NCBI GenBank assembly: GCA_963832655.1
Contig: CAWHUW010000006.1
Location: 252,403-316,402, forward strand
Source of the DNA: an uncultured Thermoleophilia bacterium
GTDB taxonomy: Bacteria > Actinomycetota > Thermoleophilia > UBA2241
Length of the DNA stretch: 64,000 nt
Direction: 5' to 3'
Shown here piece after piece: positions 60,088-64,000 of the stretch. Position numbers and translations under genes: made by a program. The notes under the pieces are model-generated. The model was not told the origin of the DNA. It made no database searches and saw only the letters and a list, made by a program, of their open reading frames with translations. Within the stretch, counting starts at the first letter, position 1; each line of letters opens with the position of its first letter.

Positions 60088-60894
60088 TCACCAGTCGGAG
60101 AAGCCCTCGTTGTACCAGATCTTCTTGGTGCCCTTCTTGGCGCGCTTCTCCCAGCCCTTGGTCTTGGGCTCGGCGTCGATGCGCGCGCGAAGCTGGTCGG
60201 CCATCGCCTTGACCTTGGCCTTCTCGTCGTCGGTCAGCGCATCGACGGTGTCGACGTGCTGTTTGACGCGGTCGAGGTTGGTCGTGGCCGTGTACCAGAA
60301 GCCCCAGTCGTCGGAGAAACGCTTGGCGATGTACGACTGGTTGATCTTGCGCTCGTCGTCGTCGCCGAACTCGGACACGATGAAGAGGAACTCGATGTCC
60401 TTGTAGTCCTTGTCGTTGATCTCCCAGATCTGCAGCTTCTGCAGCAGGATGTCGGCGAGCGGGATGCTGTACGGGTCTTTGTCGAGACGACCCTCGAACG
60501 TGACCTTGTGGCAGTAGTTGAGCTCGTCGATGAACACGTCGATCATCGGTACCTTGCCGCCGAAGTAGATGTGGCGGGTCTTGCCGGTCATCGCCATCGT
60601 CGCAAGGTCGCAGTCGTACCCCTGGGTCTTGAAGAAGTCCATGAGGTGCTTGCGCGTCTTGCCGTAGGCGGCGTAGTCGATGTCGGTGAAGTAGCGGTCA
60701 CCGAGCCGCTCGAGCCGCCCGTACAGGTCGATGTGGTCCATGAAGTAGTAGTGCAGGGCCAGGGGGCCCATGACGCGCAGGTAGATGCCCTTCTGCTGTG
60801 CCGCCTCGGTGATCCGCTTGCCCTCCTCGAGGAAGACCTCTTTGGCCGGATACTGGTCGAGCGGGATGTCCTTGGGAAGGATGAACTGTGCCAT
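60088..60894 (-). CDS. hypothetical protein, possible nucleotidyltransferase-fold (G..x..D.D-like motif)
   Basis: ORF 60088..60894, intact, visibly lower GC and K/D/E/Y-rich. VMGPLALHYYF..GDRYFTDIDYAAYG resembles the minimal NTase hG[GS]..DxD pattern. I recognise no family with confidence. Confidence 0.4.
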   Translation of the reverse strand: MAQFILPKDIPLDQYPAKEVFLEEGKRITEAAQQKGIYLRVMGPLALHYYFMDHIDLYGRLERLGDRYFTDIDYAAYGKTRKHLMDFFKTQGYDCDLATMAMTGKTRHIYFGGKVPMIDVFIDELNYCHKVTFEGRLDKDPYSIPLADILLQKLQIWEINDKDYKDIEFLFIVSEFGDDDERKINQSYIAKRFSDDWGFWYTATTNLDRVKQHVDTVDALTDDEKAKVKAMADQLRARIDAEPKTKGWEKRAKKGTKKIWYNEGFSDW

Positions 60895-60964
60895 CGGCGA
60901 TTACCGCCCCCTTTCGGGAACTCGTTTCGTGGTCGACCGGGTCATGCCCGTTTCGGCGACTGTA

Positions 60965-61899
60965 TCACCCGGAAGTGAAGACGTAGTCCTTGACCTTCTT
61001 CTTGTCGAGCATGATGAGGGCGCCCTTGAGGATGCCCTCCGAGTACTCGCTGCCGGGGTTGATGAGCAGCGTGCGGCCGGCCTTCTGGGCGCCGCGCGAC
61101 TCGTGGATGTGGCCGTGCAGGCCGAGGAGCGGCTGGTACTGCTCGATCGACCTTCTTGGCGCCGATGCTGCCGGCGTGGATCTTCTCGTCGGCGGCCATC
61201 GTCAGGTTCTCGTCCAGCTTCGGGCAGAGGTCGAGCGAGTAGCCGTTCGGCGGGACGTGGAAGTTGAAGATCGCGGTCTCGAAGTTCTTGACCAGGCCGC
61301 ACAGCTCGAAGAGGTGCCTCTCGACGTCTTCCTCGCTCATCTCGCGCGGGGTGTCCCACGGCGTCGGGTTCGAGGCCGAGCTCGTGATCACCTCGTGACC
61401 GGCCAGGTCGACGATGACGACGGTCGCACGGGTGGACGAGCTTGGCGGCGTCGATCATGTCGTCGATCACGAACCAGTCGTCGTTGCCGGGAGCCATGAA
61501 CATCTGGAAGGGCTTGCCCTCGAGGCGTTCGTCGGCAAGGTCGAGCCATTCCTGGACACGCTCGAGCACGAGTTGCTTGAACAGGGCGTCGATCTTGCCC
61601 GGGTCGGCACGCGTGGCGTCGAACTCCTCGCGCGTCTGGTGGACCCAGTAGTAGCCCGCGTTCTCGGTGATCTTCTTGATCTCGGCGAGCTGGTCCTTGG
61701 TCTCGATGAGGCGGTACTGCCCCATGAGCGTGCACTCCCAAGTGTCGTTGCCCTTCTCGACGAGCGGCACGAGCACCTTGCCGGTGAGGTCGCCCATCAG
61801 CACGGCCACGTCCACGCCGTAGATGGGCAGGGCGTTGAGGAACTTGCGATAGCACACGTTCGAGCCATGGATGTCGGTGACGAAGAACAGCTTGATCAT
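60965..61899 (-). CDS. metallophosphoesterase (calcineurin-like), two frame breaks
   Basis: ATG at 61899, 5 nt after [38 protein letters not shown] (ORF 60901..61905), ..NFHVPPNG.. (ORF 60942..61391), then [16 protein letters not shown] by hand. Confidence 0.65.
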
Positions 61900-61967
61900 T
61901 GACACTCTCCAGTTGTGGTGAGGGTGGCAGGAGCGGCAGCTCCCGCCCCCGTTGGGCCCAGCTCAGA

Positions 61968-63596
61968 TCATTCAGGCGGCAGCTCGCCGTAGGTCATGGA
62001 CACGTCCACGCCCACGCTCTTGCTGCGTCGCTTCCAGATCACGTACCAGATGATACCCGCGATCCACGTGACCGCGATGAGGATGCCGGTGTTGGTCTCG
62101 AAGCCCTCGAGGTTGGTCGGGGCGAAGAAGAAGAAGTACGCCAGGATGCCGAGGTAGACAAGGTCGACGATGGCGCCGAGCGTGACCACCGGGATGCCGG
62201 CGATGCTCCAGGTCTTGTACGGCGAGGCGTCCCAGATGCCGCGCGCCCTCTTCACGTACGGGAAGAGCAGCGCGGCGACGGCGGTGACGCCGAAGACCGA
62301 GAAGACCTCCAGGGCGGTCACGGCCAGTCCCTGCATCGCGTCGTTCTGCCAGAAGATGTACACGGCGATCATGATCTGACCGAGGACGAAGCACAGGACG
62401 TGGTTCTTGACCGGGCTCGCGAACCGCGGGTTGATGTCGGTGAACCACTTCGGCCCCATGCGGTCCATGCCCCAGGCGAAGATGATGCGTGGGAAGGCAA
62501 GGTACGACAGGGCGATCCACCACAGGTTGAACGCGAGAAACGAGAGCACCGAGATGAACAGCACGATCTTGTTCTGGTCGACCATGGCGAGCAGGCCGAG
62601 GAAGTTCGTGCTCCACGGCACGGTGTAGCCCTCAGGCAGGCCGTTGTAGTCGGCGTACATGGAGGCCGAGAAGAAGTCGAAGGGCACCATGTGATACAGG
62701 GCGGCGCCGGCCCAGATCATGAACGCGCCCGGCACCACGACGGCGAACAGGTTGGCGAGGATGATGGTCTTGTCCGGGCGCTTGACCTCGCCGGCGATGA
62801 ACGTGATGCAGTAGCTGTAGGCGAAGAGCCACGAGCCGGCCACCATGACGCCGAACGTGTCGTACCAGTTCCACGTCGTCGGCATCGCCTCGCCGGCCGA
62901 GCCGTTGACGGCGGCCACGAAGCTGTCGTAGTCGAGCGAGCCGTACGTGGCCGCGACGGCGTTCCAGCCATCTCTGAAGTCGGCTTGGTCGTAGAGACTG
63001 ATCGCCGCCAGCAGGACCGCGCAGCCGCCGATGCCGAAGAGCATGACGACCTTCTGGATGCGCGCGAACCACTTGATGCCGAACACCACGAAGAGGAACG
63101 CGACGATGTTGGCGACGGTGGCGATGGTCAGGCAGCCCCACGAGTAGCTGAGACCTCCGAAGAAGGTCTCGCTGGCGGAGTCGTAGAGCCAGTCCCAGCC
63201 CATGAACTGCGACATCATCACCATGCCGGGGTCGGCCGTCCAGGGCGCCAGCACGTAGATCCACATGATCCACACGAAGGCGTTGCCGAAGCTCTCGCCG
63301 ATGCCCACGATGGGGTGGATGATGCGCGAGTTGTAGATGTACTCGCCGCCCGACCGGGGCATGGACCCACCGAGAACGCCCCACACGAGAGGGAAGCCGA
63401 TGCCGGCGAGCACCACCGAGATGATCGTCGCCCAGATCAGGTTGCCGCCGAGGTAGACACTGACGCCCAGACCGGTCATGACCCAGATGCTCGGCGTGAG
63501 CCCCTGGTTCATGAAGCCTACGCCGAAGGCGTCCCACATCGACAGGCCGCGGACGAGACCGCTCGCCTTGCGGGCAAAGGCCAGCTCTTCAGCCAC
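61968..63596 (-). CDS. APC superfamily amino acid/polyamine permease
   Basis: ORF 61968..63596, GTG after AAGGGAG. About 12 predicted TM segments; GSMPRSGGEYIY motif typical of APC transporters. Confidence 0.8.
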   Translation of the reverse strand: MAEELAFARKASGLVRGLSMWDAFGVGFMNQGLTPSIWVMTGLGVSVYLGGNLIWATIISVVLAGIGFPLVWGVLGGSMPRSGGEYIYNSRIIHPIVGIGESFGNAFVWIMWIYVLAPWTADPGMVMMSQFMGWDWLYDSASETFFGGLSYSWGCLTIATVANIVAFLFVVFGIKWFARIQKVVMLFGIGGCAVLLAAISLYDQADFRDGWNAVAATYGSLDYDSFVAAVNGSAGEAMPTTWNWYDTFGVMVAGSWLFAYSYCITFIAGEVKRPDKTIILANLFAVVVPGAFMIWAGAALYHMVPFDFFSASMYADYNGLPEGYTVPWSTNFLGLLAMVDQNKIVLFISVLSFLAFNLWWIALSYLAFPRIIFAWGMDRMGPKWFTDINPRFASPVKNHVLCFVLGQIMIAVYIFWQNDAMQGLAVTALEVFSVFGVTAVAALLFPYVKRARGIWDASPYKTWSIAGIPVVTLGAIVDLVYLGILAYFFFFAPTNLEGFETNTGILIAVTWIAGIIWYVIWKRRSKSVGVDVSMTYGELPPE

Positions 63597-63688
63597 GTAT
63601 CTCCCTTGTACTCCGACATGGCGCTGACGAGACTCCCTCCGGCCAGCGACGCGCCACTACCAGTGATAACGACGACGGTGGATGCGGT

Positions 63689-64000
63689 TCAGCCTGACGA
63701 CCTCCCTTCCTCCGAGGCCCCTGCTGGCACATGCCATTGGTAGACGTCCTTGAGCTTCCACGGCACCATCGCCGTCTTGGTGCGCGTGACGCCCGGGACC
63801 TTGCCGACGACCTCGTTGACGAATCGAAGCAGCTCCTCGGTGTCGCGGGCGTAGACCTGGATCGACAGGTCGCCCTCGCCGAGGGAGCCGGCGACGTAGC
63901 TCACCGTGTCGAACTGCACGATCTGCGCGGCGACGTCCTGCAACTTGCCGGGGGCGACGTCGATGAGCACGTCGCCGATGACGCTGAAGCCGACCGCGTG
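63689..64000 (-). CDS. Lrp/AsnC family regulator, C-terminal (RAM/AsnC_trans_reg) part; 5' end outside the window
   Basis: ORF 63689..63970 and the open frame up to the window edge: VLIDVAPGKLQDVAAQIVQFDTVSYVAGSLGEGDLSIQVYARDTEELLRFVNEVVGKVPGVTRTKT. Confidence 0.65.
   Translation of the reverse strand, partial: HAVGFSVIGDVLIDVAPGKLQDVAAQIVQFDTVSYVAGSLGEGDLSIQVYARDTEELLRFVNEVVGKVPGVTRTKTAMVPWKLKDVYQWHVPAGASEEGRSSG

Overview
GC-rich, tightly packed bacterial chromosomal window of about 65 genes, with many GTGA/ATGA/TGATG start-stop overlaps. I found no rRNA, CRISPR array, IS element or prophage.

Main result: a pyrrolysine (Pyl, UAG-decoding) system that is scattered rather than organised as the canonical pylT-pylS-pylB-pylC-pylD cassette.
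- pylSc, the split synthetase catalytic part: 34432..35287 (+), with one frame break.
- pylSn, the tRNA-binding part: 38481..38825 (-).
- pylT, an atypical CUA-anticodon tRNA: 41529..41601 (-).
- pylC-pylD: 42926..45070 (-).
- No intact pylB is present. Only a roughly 75-codon ORF coupled to pylC sits where pylB would be, preceded by a nitroreductase gene.
- Corrinoid-related genes lie around the locus: two stand-alone corrinoid (B12-binding) proteins, cobO, DUF1638 and two radical SAM genes. No MttB/MtbB/MtmB-type methyltransferase and no in-frame TAG gene is visible in the window.

The rest is housekeeping:
- pfk, hom and a lysA remnant.
- gltX-cysS-rlmB-yacP-sigH.
- pyrE, tldD/pmbA and uppP.
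- A leuA-like/leuCD-like/IDH-like cluster, and gatCAB.
- A tungsten-type AOR module.
- Polyamine-related genes.

Caveat: many genes, including essential ones (cysS, gltX, gatB), are broken by single-nucleotide frame shifts in a patchy pattern. This suggests consensus or assembly indel errors, and at least two sit at homopolymers. All coordinates for broken genes are reconstructions made by joining homologous ORF fragments. All homology statements come from motif recognition by eye, not from database searches.
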